A DNA stretch of 61,865 nucleotides, filler included, from Choristocarpus tenellus KU-1152 (GCA_964200185.2; 9 parts of 9 records of this genome joined end to end with filler, not necessarily neighbours in it), one strand, 5' to 3'; shown: positions 26,468-39,916, counted from the first letter of the whole stretch. Numbers and translations are program-made. Notes: generated from the sequence alone by a model not told the origin.

Positions 26468-26875
26468 GTGTGTTGCCTTCAGCGAGGGGGGGTCGGGGGG
26501 GGGCGGGGGGCTCAATATGTAACTGATGTAGAGCAACTCTCGTCTCCATTATGTTGCACCTCCAAGTGCTGACATTAGAGGAGAAATGTTGAAAAAAAAT
26601 GCAGTTGATGTACTGAACTCTGTATGAACCAGAATGCTATGAGCCCATCTTCGACTTTCTTTTGCTGAGAGAGGTGGAACTTTCGTCCCAAATCAGTGGG
26701 TGATCATTTGTGTGCCTACCTCCCCCCCCCCTTCCCCCTTCNNNNNNNNNNNNNNNNNNNNNNNNNNNNNNNNNNNNNNNNNNNNTTAATTAATTAANNN
26801 NNNNNNNNNNNNNNNNNNNNNNNNNNNNNNNNNNNNNNNNNGTGTGGGTGTGTGTGGGGGGGTGTGGGGGGGGGG

Positions 26876-26919
<44 letters not shown>

Positions 26920-27000
26920 TGCACGCACTTACAGACGCACGTGCAAATGGAACAATATGCATGTTTTTTATTCAGTTTTTTGCCTTTTTGTCTTTGTCAG

Positions 27001-30000
27001 AAACTTGCTGGAGACATCCTGACCAATCCTGTGCATGTTCATGTGGGGAGTCACAACCTCACTGCGAATGAGGATATACATCAGGTGTGAAAATATTATT
27101 AATAAAGAGTAGAAAGATTGTTGTAGGTTGTGTGTTGTGTGTATCTTCTTACTTTTACTTTCTTTTTTAGGGGGATTTTGGGGTTAGGGTTGCGAGTTGA
27201 TTTGACAGTTTTTGTGTTATGTTTTTTTTACATATTTATTCCTTTTTTGTTTTTTTTGCATTTTTTTTATTGTTTAGTGTTGGTGGAACCCTCTGCTGTT
27301 CTTGATTGGGATCGATTCTCTCTAGGTGTTTGTTGCGAGTCTTGAATTTTTGTTTTTTTTGCTTATGTTCTTTTTATTGGGGCACTTGTTAACTATTTCT
27401 TTTTCAGTATGTAGGGATATTTGTGTGTGTGTGTTTTGTGTTTATAAGTAGTACTATTTTATTAGATCTTATTAGTTTTTTGTTTTGTTTTGTAATTGCT
27501 GTTGTTCAGGTGGTGAAAGTCCTCAATAGCGATGCTCAGAAGTGGAACTGGCTATCAGGGCGGATCACTGAACTGGTCACCAAGGGCAAGGCAAGTTTTT
27601 GTTTGAGTATTGGGTCTTGAAAAAAAAAATCCTCTATATATTTTTTCCTCATTTTTGTTTTTGTTTTTTTTGTGACTTATGCCGTTTTAGAGATTAATGC
27701 TCTGCTCCTGTGAGGGTTGGGTCCAGGGCTTAATTAACTACAGTGGTCCTTTTGTATGTAACAATAATAATAATAATTCTGTGTATATATCTATTTTGTA
27801 TCTATTATGTGTAAGTGTTAGAGATTGCTCAGCTAGGTAATATGCAAAAGAGAGCTATTCCAATAGAGTCTTTTCATTATGTTGTATGGATGTATTTATT
27901 AGCGGAGTGAGTACAGCCCTTGGTGGTGAGGTGCTCTCCCTTTTATTATTATCTATTGCGCACGTCAGCAAACACGTAAAAAACGTGTCTGTGTCAGCTG
28001 CACTACATCAGCCACTTACATTATACGAAATAAGAAATTAATCGACCGAGACTCGAACCTGCTACTCTAAGCACACGAAAGTGAGTCCTTGACCCTTACT
28101 TCATTCAGGCAATATTTCTGTTGTGTAGTACCGTTGACTAAACACATAATACCCTAGAGATTACCTAGCCTATATTGCACAGGTAAGGGTTAGAGATTTC
28201 TTGTCAAGTGAGAGAGCAGTGGGTTAGTTGTTTTCATTGGATGAGGTTTGGTTCGTACCATGTTTTTTGTCAACCTTCCAATTTTTACGAATTGTGTTTG
28301 TCTTCGTAATGCATTATCATCATCATCATTATTATTATTATTATTATTATTATTTGCTATTCCAGTTGATAAATTATTTCAGTGCTCTTACTCTGTAATA
28401 ATGATAATGATAATAATATTTTGTTTTTTCTCTCTTGTGCCTGCTATTTTTATTATATTTAATTTTTTAATTGAAATAAATTAAATCTTGTATGTGGTGC
28501 AGGTTCTTGTGTTCGTGTCTAGCAAACAGGGATGTGAAGACCTGTGCAAGTCTTTGAGGATACACACTCCCCACCCGGCAGGGTCGATCCATGGGGATAA
28601 GGATCAAACAGCCAGGTAGGTGTGTATATACCTCGAACAGTGTTTCCTGATGGCAACTGACACGTCTTGATTTGTTAATTGTGATAATTGATAGTACATT
28701 TACCAAATGGCTTCTTTATTTGAATAACGATTGTTGATCATTCTATTTGAATATCAGTTCTTGATAATACTATTTTGAACAACGATTATTGATAGTACTA
28801 TTTGAATAACGACTATTAATCATTCTATTTGAATTGCCGCTCTTGATAATACTATTTGAATATCGATTCTTGATCATTCTATTTGAATAACGGTTCTTGA
28901 TAATACTATTTAAATAACGATTCTTCGATTTTGTTGAGGGTATGTAGCATTTTTTTAGTTCGATTGTATAAAATGTTAATGGAATTGAACATAAATATTT
29001 GAAAAAATAATTTCTTGAGTGTGGTACTTTATATATATATATTTATTTATTTTTGCTATGTAATTGTTTGCTTCTTTTTCCCTCTGACAATATGCCATCC
29101 AATTCCCTGAACTCCTCCCTCACCAACCGTGTCCAAGATGTACATGAGTGGGTGATGATGATTTATTACTATTTTTTTAAGTTAGAAAAAATATTGTGAA
29201 AATCAAGAAATAAATTGTGCATAACTGTATGTATTTTTTAATTGTAGTGGAATGCTTGTGTAATGTGCAATTTAAGTGAAGTAGGTGTATGTAGCAATTT
29301 TTGAAATATTTTTTAGATTATTGGAGTTTTTTCTTTTTGCTGTGTTCTGTTGTAATGGTTCTATTACACCCACAAATTATAAAAAAAGAATTAAAGAATT
29401 ATGTGTATACTTACATCCTTCACCCTGTCTCTGTTCAGGTCATTGGATGTCATACCTGCATTTTTTTATGTCCCAAATATATATATATATGAGACTTTCA
29501 AGGAGGAAACAAAATATTTGGGTGTAGTAGCAACAGCATAATAATAATATAAAAGATATAGCGTAGTTTGCTCTTTTTTATTGTATTTCTGTGTTTGTAT
29601 TTATTTCGCGCCCATGGTGTACCAGTATTTTTCAAGAATGTTCATGAACAAGAAAACGTTTTGGAACAATTTCCTGGCGAGGGGGCTTGTAACCATATTT
29701 ACATTTTAATACTATTTGCGAGCACTGATTTTTGTTATTTTTTCATTTGTTCAGTAGCGATAGTGGAAGTTAGCTGTACTCTTTTCATTTTATTTATTTG
29801 TATACTTCCTCGTTTTGTCTTTTAAAATTTCTGGACTTTATAGTCTTACAACACATGCATCTATGTATTATGTATATATATTTGCTTGAAGTAGAAGAAG
29901 GGAAAGATTGTCCTTGAAATATTTCTTTTACTTCAAAAGAGTATTTATATGTATATTGTTTATTGTTCCATTTTTCGGACTTACTTGTCATGGCTCTTGT

Positions 30001-30178
30001 TTTCTTTTGTTTTAAGGGAAACGACTCTACGAGAATTCAAACAGGGTAAGATTTCTGTTCTGGTGGGGACAGATGTGGCTTCCCGGGGCCTGGATATCAA
30101 AGAGGTTAATACCGTGGTAAACTATGATGTTGCCAAGAATATTGAGACTCACATTCACAGGGTTGGTAGAACAGGAAG
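27001..30178 (+). CDS. DDX42: DEAD-box RNA helicase, DDX42-like, helicase C-terminal region (partial)
   Basis: Exons 27001-27084 ([10 protein letters not shown]...ANEDIHQ), 27510-27590 (KWNWL; GC donor), 28503-28615 (VLVFVSSK...IHGDKDQ), 30017-30178 ([10 protein letters not shown]...[20 protein letters not shown]). Motifs IV-VI present; ANEDI.Q, KW.WL and NYDVA point to DDX42. Confidence 0.85.
28043..28110 (-). mobile_element. tRNA-like head (putative SINE) in DDX42 intron
   Basis: Minus strand GCCTGAATGAAGTAAGGGTCAAGG...GCAGGTTCGAGTCTCGGTC has a B-box (GGTTCGAGTC) and a weak A-box, but no full cloverleaf. Confidence 0.4.
28715..28925. repeat. ~27-bp minisatellite in DDX42 intron
   Basis: About 8 degenerate copies of tttgaataacgattcttgat(a/c)at(a/t)cta. 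Confidence 0.8.
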
Positions 30179-30690
30179 GTGAGAGAAGGGGGTGGGTGAG
30201 TGAGCTGGCGGAAGATGTGGGATAAACGCTTTATTTTTCTTGAACCTATTTTTTTTTTGTACTTTTAGTTTTTTCTCTTTTTCATCCTCTTCTCAATTTT
30301 CATATTANNNNNNNNNNNNNNNNNNNNNNNNNNNNNNNNNNNNNNNNNNNNTTAATTAATTAANNNNNNNNNNNNNNNNNNNNNNNNNNNNNNNNNNNNN
30401 NNNNNNNATGTATATAGTTTTCATTGGTTTCCCCCTGACACATCTGCAAAATGTCAGAGGGCAAAAAAATAATATAGTTTTCATTGGTTTCCCCCCTGAC
30501 ACATCTGCAAAATGTAAGAGGGCATAATAATAAAAATATATTCAATCTGAATACAATTAGGACAGCAGTACCTAATTGTGTGTTGTAAGGGAAACGACAT
30601 CGAAACGGTACATAGACCAAACAAAACAGTTTGATGTGGTTTCTACACTTTAATGGTATTGAAATATCAGACAGTATCATCAGTAGCACA

Positions 30691-30875
30691 AAGCTCCTCT
30701 AATTCTGTTCGAAGCCATAGTATTTACTGGGTTAGACCCACGGTCCAGGTGTTGCACAGTATTTCCGTACTTTGGGTGGAAGCTCCTCTAATTCTGTTCG
30801 AAATCATAGTATGTATGGGTTAGACCCACGGTCCAGGTAGGTGTTCCACAGTATTTCCGTAGTTTGAGTGGAAGT
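30691..30875. repeat. ~90-bp tandem duplication
   Basis: Two copies of aagctcctctaattctgttcgaa...gggttagacccacggtccaggt...cacagtatttccgta. Confidence 0.85.
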
Positions 30876-33249
30876 TTTGCAAGTCGCGCAGGATTGTTTT
30901 CCAAATATCGATGTTTTTTTACAGCATAGCAAACCCCAATTACATTCTCTTCTTGCAGCGGGGAACCAAACCACCAATTCTTCGTCTTCTCTGGAGGGTA
31001 GACGAAAAAACATATGCCATGATCAAAACAATTAGCTGATAGAATATGACTACACAATGGTTAATCTACCTAAGCCTATCGTAAAATACAGACGATGATG
31101 CTGCATTTCCCTCAGATACAGACCTTCCCACCAAAGATAACCTGAAAGGCCTAAGCATCTACAGAAAACTCCACATTGAAGGTTCCCATAAATATTGAAC
31201 AATGGAAAACATCATATTAAAACAGTTGTCCAAAATACAAGCAGGGGGAGGAAAGAGGGGGGAGGGCAGTATCTCTCATCTTCAACATCGCTCTGTGTAT
31301 GCTTACAAATATCCAACTTCAAGTAACTCCCTGACCAAATCGTAAGAACTGCGTCATCATCATCGCATGGAAGATATGTTGCAGGCGAATAGTGCAAGTA
31401 TTTCTTCCCGCGCTCTAATAGGCGCGAGCAGTATTCACGCGTGGGGAATCCCTTAAGAGGGAACTCCAATTTGCTAAAACTTACTCTAGTAAGATCTCTA
31501 ACTTGAGAATGTATATGCAACAGTTTGCAGATGTATTTTAACGTCAGTAAACTAAACTAAAAATAAACGGTGGATGATGGAAACAGTGACCCCATGATGG
31601 CTCACTTTCTGACTTTGACTGACACCATATTCTTTATTTAAGTGAATACTGAATCAGAAAGTTTACCTTATCTGCTGAGCTGACGTTCATGATCCTCGTT
31701 GGACCGTTTGACTGTTGGAGTATCCTGGGAGTCTTGTACGAGCATCAGCACCATCTATAGGCCTGTGGATCAGAGCTATACATCCCGTGGAGGTAAGCTT
31801 TTGGAGCATGCTGTAACAGATAAGCCTCTCTTCAAGAGACTCACAAATTCAAGAGAGTACGCATCTCAACCATGACAGACTTCCGAGACAGCAGTTGGTT
31901 TTCTTGTTCCCTCAACTTTTATCAGAAAGGAATGGATCAAAACGGACAAACCTCCCATCTCGTGGATGGCTAAAGATGCCCTCTATATCCCACTCCTTTT
32001 GGCAGGAAGCGAGCGCCATAACCAACCCTACCCTTGACAGTAATATACTTTCAAGCATGTTGTGTTTTCCGCACTTACGCTCTACCTTTCAAGTGTAACA
32101 ATGAGCCAAATCAACTGAGAGGTGGGCAGGTTTGGACACTTCTGCATCCTAAGCCATATTTTTTACCCTGTACAATACATCCCATCTCATTGCTTTATGT
32201 GCACCATAGTGTACGCAAAATTTATATTCCCACATTTCCACACACAAAGTGACACCACAATTCAGCAAATGCTTTTCTGCAATTGTACAGAATGAAATAT
32301 TATTGCTATTTCAGGGGATCCTTAAAATGCAGCCTTGCCTATCTTTCAGCTCAACATACAAAATCAAAAATGATCTATCGTAGAAACAACATCCTAACAT
32401 TACCCAAAGGGAAGAAATGTTATAGGCGATGTGTCTTAATTGCGGTTTCATAAATGCCAGAATGACCTTGAAGTCCTAGGGTTATATATTTGCACTTCTT
32501 GAACTATGTATTTATCGTGTAGTCATTATGAGGTCACCAACATAGAACGAGAGGCCTTCAGCCCTATTTTTTGCCCTGATAATACCCATAAAGTGAATAA
32601 TCGAAACGAGAGGCACAGCATATTTGACGGCGTTTGCATTATGGAGCCTTCTACAAGCTTCATGGTCCGCATGCAGCCTTGTGGATTGGAGCTACACATC
32701 CCATAATGGTAAGCTTGGGGAGCATTTTGTAACTTGGAGGTCACTTTGCGGAGTGCGTTGAACAGAATCGGGAGATCCAAGTAGAGAACAGTTGCCCTGA
32801 AAACCTACAAGAAGGCAAGGAATACGGATACAAAGGAACAACTACACCACGCCGTAATCACATGCCCATAGATGATGTCAAGTGTGGAAGATGGGGCAGA
32901 AAGAGTAAATGCAGAGCTGATGATGTACCTTTGACCAAGCATTTGGTGGCATCACCAGCTACAGTAGTCCCGTCCACAGACAGACAGGTGCAGCAGTGCC
33001 GCCCCCTGCAGCCTGTTTATATATCTGAGAACTAGTTTATGAAACCATTAATCTAAGTCAGTGATCCAGTTATAAATTCATCTATTCCCTTGGCAGCTAC
33101 CATCTGGCGATGTTCGTGAGTACTGAGGCTACTATATTATCCTATCAAGGTGATTTATCTTGGCACTGCAACAGGTCTTGGGCTTGTAAACACAATGGCA
33201 CACAGCCTTCATTCTGCCTGAGCAGCGAATGGAGGAGTCGTTGTGCAGC

Positions 33250-33545
33250 ACCCCCGGGGTGCTGAAACCTCCGGCCCGTCTCAAGGATCGTTCCGCCAAG
33301 CTCGTGATTACGACAGTACATGGGCTTGGACGTACCTGCCCCGTCTAGGTCCTCGCAAAGCATGCCAATAACACGGACCATGCCGGCTTAATATATGACC
33401 TAGACAGAACACGAACCCCTTTGTACCTTGATATTTGAACAGAGAAATCTTCTGGAAGACCGATGTGTGCCGACACTGCTGATCCAAAACGTTGACCATG
33501 TTGACAGATCCGTGAGCGTGACAATGGTGCAAGTCTTTCGCCAAA
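33250..33545 (-). pseudogene. Degenerate EsV-1-7 repeat remnant
   Basis: Across frameshifts: HCHAHGSVNMVNVLDQQCRHTS..., FVFCLGHIL, MVRVIGMLCE, KPMYCRNHELGG, GRRFQHPG. These are decayed C..H...GMVNV...C repeats. Confidence 0.6.
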
Positions 33546-34060
33546 ACTTGTTCATAGTATGGAGTCTTTACATAGGCTGATGTGAGATGACGGCGGACCT
33601 TCTAGCCACCAAGCGAGTGCTGGAGAAGTGTTAAGTTACAGTTGGTGCAGAGCGTGAATGGAGATCGAGCAGTACTACTACAATACTGCCAACATGGAAT
33701 GACAATAATGAGGAACAGATTTGGATTAGATCTAGTGACCCAAAAATCATTTCTCACCACATAATACAGTGTCGTCAAATTATAACTTGTCCGATTTCTT
33801 CTATTCTTCGAGTAACTCTACCTACTATTTGATACTACCATCTCCTATCATATACTACAAAGTATACGATTTTTTCTACAATATTCATAACAGCATATGA
33901 AAGTGTAAGGAACAAACAATCACTACCTGTTGATCCAAAATAGTCCAAGTTGGTCTCCCCCCCCCTGCTTTTCCTGTTAATCTGGAGTCCAAAGGCCCAG
34001 CTTAATCCAGCTGAGGCATAAGGCGAGTCTCGGTGGCCCTGACGTCTCTAGAGAGAAGTT

Positions 34061-37000
34061 ATGGGAAACAGTAGCAGCAACGGCAAGTCCAAGCCTCATA
34101 TCCCAGGCACCAACACCAGCGAAAGGGAGAGTGGAACTGGAGCAGGTCCCCAGGACCAACTTCTTAGACTCACACCTCTAACAAGCAAGAGGTTGAGCGA
34201 GGGAATCACAGATATCGCGAGAGCATCACCATCTCAACAGTCAAAAGTCCCCAGGGCAATACCACGGAGTCCTCATCCTATCCAGGTCTCCCTTCGTGAC
34301 AGGGGCTTGGACGCGTCAGACGATGACGTTGTTCAAGCGCTTCAACAATACCCAACGATCTTAGGGTAAGTTCTCTCGAAGCGCAGCGCAATCAGCTATT
34401 TACTGAACTTTTCCCCAACATTTACAATGATGCAAGGATCCTCACTGCACACCATGGGTTGCTTCGTTCCCCTGCTCTATTTCACAACCGGTAATCCAGG
34501 GCTCTGACCCACTTGATCGAGACGGGCAAGGCGAAGCCCCGAACCAACTTGTCATCTCCATTGGTTCATCCTGAGGGGCCACCAAAACATTTCATTGACT
34601 CGACCCAAGCAGCACAGGACAACAACCAATCCACCTTGGACCAAGTGGGCAACAACAATCGGTTCCCAATCTCTCAGTCTAGCACTAAACCTAAGAGACC
34701 CCGGGAGGAGGAGGCCCTTGGGGAAAAGCTCATCTTGAACTCAACACCAAGCTCGTCACCACACCACGTTCAGCATCCCCCCCCCGCCAAGCGTCATTCC
34801 TCGGCTAGTGAGAGGAATACCTTGCACACACCCAGTGCGCTGAGTAGGGTGAGGGATGCCACGAGTTCGAATGATAATCTTCGAAAGATCAACGGGTAAG
34901 AATTCAAAGAGAACAGAGTGGAATAGATGAAGTCATTGATATGTATGCTGTCGTGAAAGGGGAATAGTTGGGTTGTGCCCATTCCCAGTATATCGCCATA
35001 CCAAACTAGACCTGCATTAGCTTCAGTTACATCGCGTGGAATCGTATTCGGTACATAGTCCGTTTTCTCTTATTGAGGTCAACAGTATGATGTACTACGT
35101 AGCAGAGATAGGGGACCCAGGTTAGTTAATCAAAGGGACTCCAAGTAGTAGTGTAGTATGTCTTGAGTATGTGTTCAGAGCTTTTTTTTAGTATTTTAAT
35201 TTTCCTTCGCACCTGCTTTGTTTTCAGTATTGGCCAGAACTCAGTGCCAGGCACTCACCAGCTGGAAAGAAGAAACTCCTCTTCCAGTTCCCCTCAGCCA
35301 TCGCTGCCTAAGAGTGACACCACTGATATGGTGGTGAGTTAAGAATGCATAAAGGACATGTGAGGCATGTGGGGCCAAGTGCCTTTCCAATGTCCTGAAG
35401 TTGTCTACCTATCCTGTCCTTCTATTTTGTTAACAAACCCTAACACCATGGGGAAACACATCTTTCCTAAAGAGTATCACAGGACCTTTGCACTCCCATT
35501 ATTGGCAGGTCTGCCAGCCTGGGAGCTCATCTGAATTTCTGGAACAAACATTACCGTTTGCCAACTTTCAGGAACCACCTGGAAATTTGATCCTGAGTGA
35601 GATTGAAGGTACCATTATGGAGACTGTCAAGGTATGGTCTACACTCGGTGATCAGGAAAGGGAACAGGCTGTGAGGTGAGGAGTGGAGTGACTAGGGGTG
35701 TACTAGTTGGCCCAAGTAGATGAAATGATAAGTTTTGTAGATACACTTGTGTATTGCCACTTTCAGGTTCAATTTTCATCACTGAAGACATTATATGCTG
35801 AGTAGGCAACATGATTCAGCATTAGCACAGAGGTTGGTAGCCCTCTCTGCCACTACATATGTGTTGCTCAATACCTTGAAGACAATATAGTTTAGCTGTG
35901 CTAGCTTCTCGTTCACCGTGCCTCCACTGCAGTGATGCAGTTGGGTGTTTTCAAGATGAATCGATATTGAGTTTTTTTGTTCATTATGTATGTGGCAGCT
36001 GAGAAATGTTGTGTTTGGACCTCATCTGGCTCTAAACATTCTCATATCAAGCGGCATGTGTGTGACCCACTAAGATAGTTGATTCACGGTCAGTCTTTAG
36101 AGCTCTGCAAGCGCCAGGCAAGGTTTGGGTTAGGCACAAGAATGAAAATCCATGCATATGACATCTGCTACCAATATGCCTGTCACTCCCTCCCGAGAGA
36201 ATCTTGACTCCTTCACACTTTGCACAGGGTCCTGTCGAAGTTGGAAGTTATCCTTTGCATATACAAGCCTTTTCTAGTTTGTGGCCCTGGTACTGAGCCC
36301 TGTGGGCCCTAACCCTTGCCCCTGCCCTGCTTGTTATGGCAGTCGCCTCATTGACAACCTGAAACTCCCAAGTCTGACCACGCCTGCACGGTTGGAGAGG
36401 TTGAAACGGAACCTGGCAGTGCTTGTGCGGTGCATGATGGGGGAGCTTGCAACCATGCAAACATCTCGACAAGGGTAAGAAGTACATGGGGCAACGAACA
36501 AAACAACTGTTCTGTGTTTGGTCTATGTATACTAGTGTTGCAATTGTTTTTGCTGATGTATATGTTCTTTGCCTGCTCCGTTGTTGTCATTCCTCCTTGT
36601 AGTCGATGGATTGGATTTGATGTTCTACTGTTGGAGATCTACTGTTCAAGGAAGTTGTGTCCTTTTTTTTGGAAGGGGGGGGAGAGGGGGTATTATATCA
36701 AAAGTGTTCAGAATATCGTAGTGAGTTCAATTATTTTTTTCTACATGTCATCATAAAGAGGCAAAGTGCTTGTTTTATAATATTGCTTGTATAAATAGGA
36801 TCCTGTAGTATTTCGACATGTGGTTGACTATGCTCATGTCGTTGCCTTGCACAGGAGTACAATGCAGACTGGTGCATTCTTTTTCTTTTGGACAATGCCA
36901 ATAAGAAATAGTGAAAGCTGTGGGGACTAAATACCTGATCTTGTATTGATAAACAACTTTAGAGAAGCCACAGCATTTATTCTGTGTGGTGTATTACATT

Positions 37001-38817
37001 TGTGAATATTTGTAATATAGTGGAGTGCTTTCTTTTTGAAAATCATTGTAGGAACAGTGCAAGAGCAAGAGTCTATAATTGTCTCATTCTGCATACTACC
37101 ATTGATGGGTTCTCACAGCTATACCACTTATTAAGCACACCAATACAGTAATGTAAACTGTTTCACAAATTAACACACTTCAACATACAATGTTGTCTCA
37201 GCATTTTTGAAATTTGTACTTCTTTAATACTTCGAAGTGTACTACAATGGCATTAGCCCATAATTGACACAAGGGGGCTATTGAAAACATAATAACAACA
37301 CTACTTGTCAAAGGTGTAGATTCCAGGCATCTAGAGCTGTACCAGGAAACAGGGAAATCTGTGTAATAGTGATCAGGTCAACTGTACGATACGACTTTCA
37401 AAGAGACTGATGGTGGTATGATGTATTTTAGCTTACACTCTTAGTGGTATTTCTTACACCATCATACCAACCCACTGATCTCGTAGTACTTGGTCAGTAA
37501 CCATCTCTGATTCACTGTAAAAATCAACAGACTGCCAAGATATTGGTTTTCTTCCCTGCAAGGAAGAGAAAGGTAGTGCTTCAATGGATCACCAAATAAC
37601 TACATATTTTGTAACAGTCCTAAAATGAGTATGTCACCTCTCTCTTCTACAACCCACCATATGCTGTGTCAGCTGTGGGACATTCCTGCTGGGGGACTTG
37701 ATTAGGATGGTCCGGACCAAATGGCACGACCAGTCTAGACAGATTGAGGGTGCCCACCAGGAACTTTATTGTAAGGGCAACGTTGAAGATGATCAGTCAC
37801 AGGAGAACAGACCCCACCGTCTTCTTCCTTTGGCAGCATTGGTGGTGGAATGGGGTTCGGATTTGGGTTAGGCGAGGATCCTTCCAGCTTCATGTCCTTA
37901 AGCATGGGTAAAGAAATGTATCTATCCAGAGGAGGCAGTGCTGGTGGGCGAGAGAGCTGTTTGGATGTCAAGGGGAAGAATAACACTGGGAACAAGGAGT
38001 TTGAAGAGGCTATCAAGAAGTGCAGGGTACGTGGTGATTTTTTGAGGTGGTTTTGTGCCCTGATTGACACTCTATTTGCCACACACATCCCACCTCGCAG
38101 TAATGTATGTGAATATTTTATGCGTCAAAAAGGTTTTGTAAAGAGTGAGAGGCTGGCAAGAGTGGATTCAAGTTGGGAGATGTTGGTAGTCACTTTGTAT
38201 TTTGGTGTGTGGTATCTGCGATGAAGTGAATAGAAAAGAAAGTCGACCCCAGGTGATTCCTATCTTACGTATCTGCTGTAGCAGCACTGTATAGATTGAG
38301 CCCCATCCTGTTCCCTTCCTTTTCTCTTCGGAAGGATGAGTGCTTGGAGTAGTTAGGTGCTGAAATATAACATATAGTTTGGAAGTACTTCCTAGAAAAT
38401 AGTTGATGATGCATTTGGCGTGTCACCCCTGCCTGCCTCTAAAGCCCCCAATGGAATATCGATGCATCATCTGTGTGAGAAGATGGTGCTACTCTCATTG
38501 TCCCTTTCTTTTTTTTTGATGTGTCGGGCTGCTTGTGATTTTCCCCATGTGAGTGTGCGTGTGTATGTGTTTGTTGACAAGAGAAAAATAGAGCCAGTGC
38601 AGTAGATAGAATGCTGTTTATTATTTCTTTTTTCTTATTTTTGGATTGTCCCCCCCTCCCATGCCTCAAAAAAAATCTTCGAAAGGCTTCGCTCAAGTGT
38701 GTAGGTGCTGCGGGGCATGAGGCTCAGTGGCTGGCAAGCCAGGTGGACAAGACCAAGAACCTTATGTGGGAGCTGAAGAGGACATGCAAACTGCGCTGGG
38801 AGGAAGGGTTGGACAAG
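34061..38817 (+). CDS. Hypothetical multi-exon protein (partial) with N-myristoylation-like start MGNSSS
   Basis: Phase-consistent exons 34061-34365, 34500-34895, 35228-35333, 35509-35631, 36278-36474, then an unresolved exon in ~37672-38026 and exon 38686-38817. Ser/Pro-rich, no recognisable domain. Confidence 0.6.
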
Positions 38818-38964
38818 GTGAGGGTTAGGGCATTTCTTGTTGGCAACAAGTATGTTGACCCCCCATTTACCATTCTCAAATGGTAATATTGAATGTCTTT
38901 TTTTGGAGGAAGAAATGAAGCATCGTTGCCATTTTTTTTTCTTCGGAACAGTATGTTGCCGGAT

Positions 38965-38999
<35 letters not shown>

Positions 39000-39743
39000 G
39001 GTGGGGGGAGAGGGTGACACTAGTTTTCGATGATGAGAGCTGCACATAGGCTGAGGACAAAGTATGGCCTTACAGTATAATTGTTTACACATACCGGAAT
39101 TTGCTGTTTGTGTGTCAAGTTATGGGTTCTTACCATGGAGAAGATCCAGGATATGCCGTGGGAGTTAAAAACTTAGTGGAGGGGGGGGGGGGGGGGGGGA
39201 AAAAAAAAAAAAAATTGGAAGGGGGNNNNNNNNNNNNNNNNNNNNNNNNNNNNNNNNNNNNNNNNNNNNTTAATTAATTAANNNNNNNNNNNNNNNNNNN
39301 NNNNNNNNNNNNNNNNNNNNNNNNNACAAAAAAAAAAAAAGCTAAAAAAACCACACCGGACGGGAAAAAAAAGTGGCGGGGGGGGGGGGGGGGGTTTAAA
39401 GGTAAGGGAGGTACCAAAAAAACGCCTTCGTACCGTCTCACTCAACACACTCTTGTGTAACTGTTCACTACACTAGAAAATAAAACTATACATTAATTGC
39501 TATAGATTTTCTAATCTTCTGGGCTATGGTTACAGGGCTAGGGATACAGATACCACTACCAAGTATTATTCTTAAAATATTTACTATAATATTTTTTCCC
39601 TTCTCCTTCTCAGTAAACCAGTTACAGGGATAGGATAAAACACACACACACACACACATTTAAAAAAAAAAAAATTGAACAAATCTATAGTAACATCATT
39701 AAAAAAAAAAGAGCACAACATGACGACAAAAGAGCCTACGCCC

Positions 39744-39915
39744 AATCAAAATAATGTTTTCAAATCAAAATAACGTTTTCAATCAAAATAATGTTTTCAA
39801 ATCAAAATAACGTTTTCAATCAAAATAATGTTTTCAAATCAAAACAACGTTTTCAATCAAAATAACGTTTTCAAATCAAAATAACGTTTTCAATCAAAAT
39901 AACGTTTTCAAATCA
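39744..39915. repeat. 18/19-bp minisatellite (37-bp higher-order unit)
   Basis: Nine units of aatcaaaataa(c/t)gttttc(a), alternating 19 and 18 bp. Confidence 0.9.
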
Positions 39916-39916
39916 C

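Noticed and set aside
26842-26940. Long poly-G runs and poly-Gly ORFs (also 19704, 38965, 39181)
   Set aside because: Homopolymers at or near contig ends; length unreliable and non-coding.
39744-39915. CRISPR-like array (also considered 28715-28925 and 43846-44095)
   Set aside because: No unique spacers, no cas genes, and a eukaryotic genic context; these are tandem repeats.
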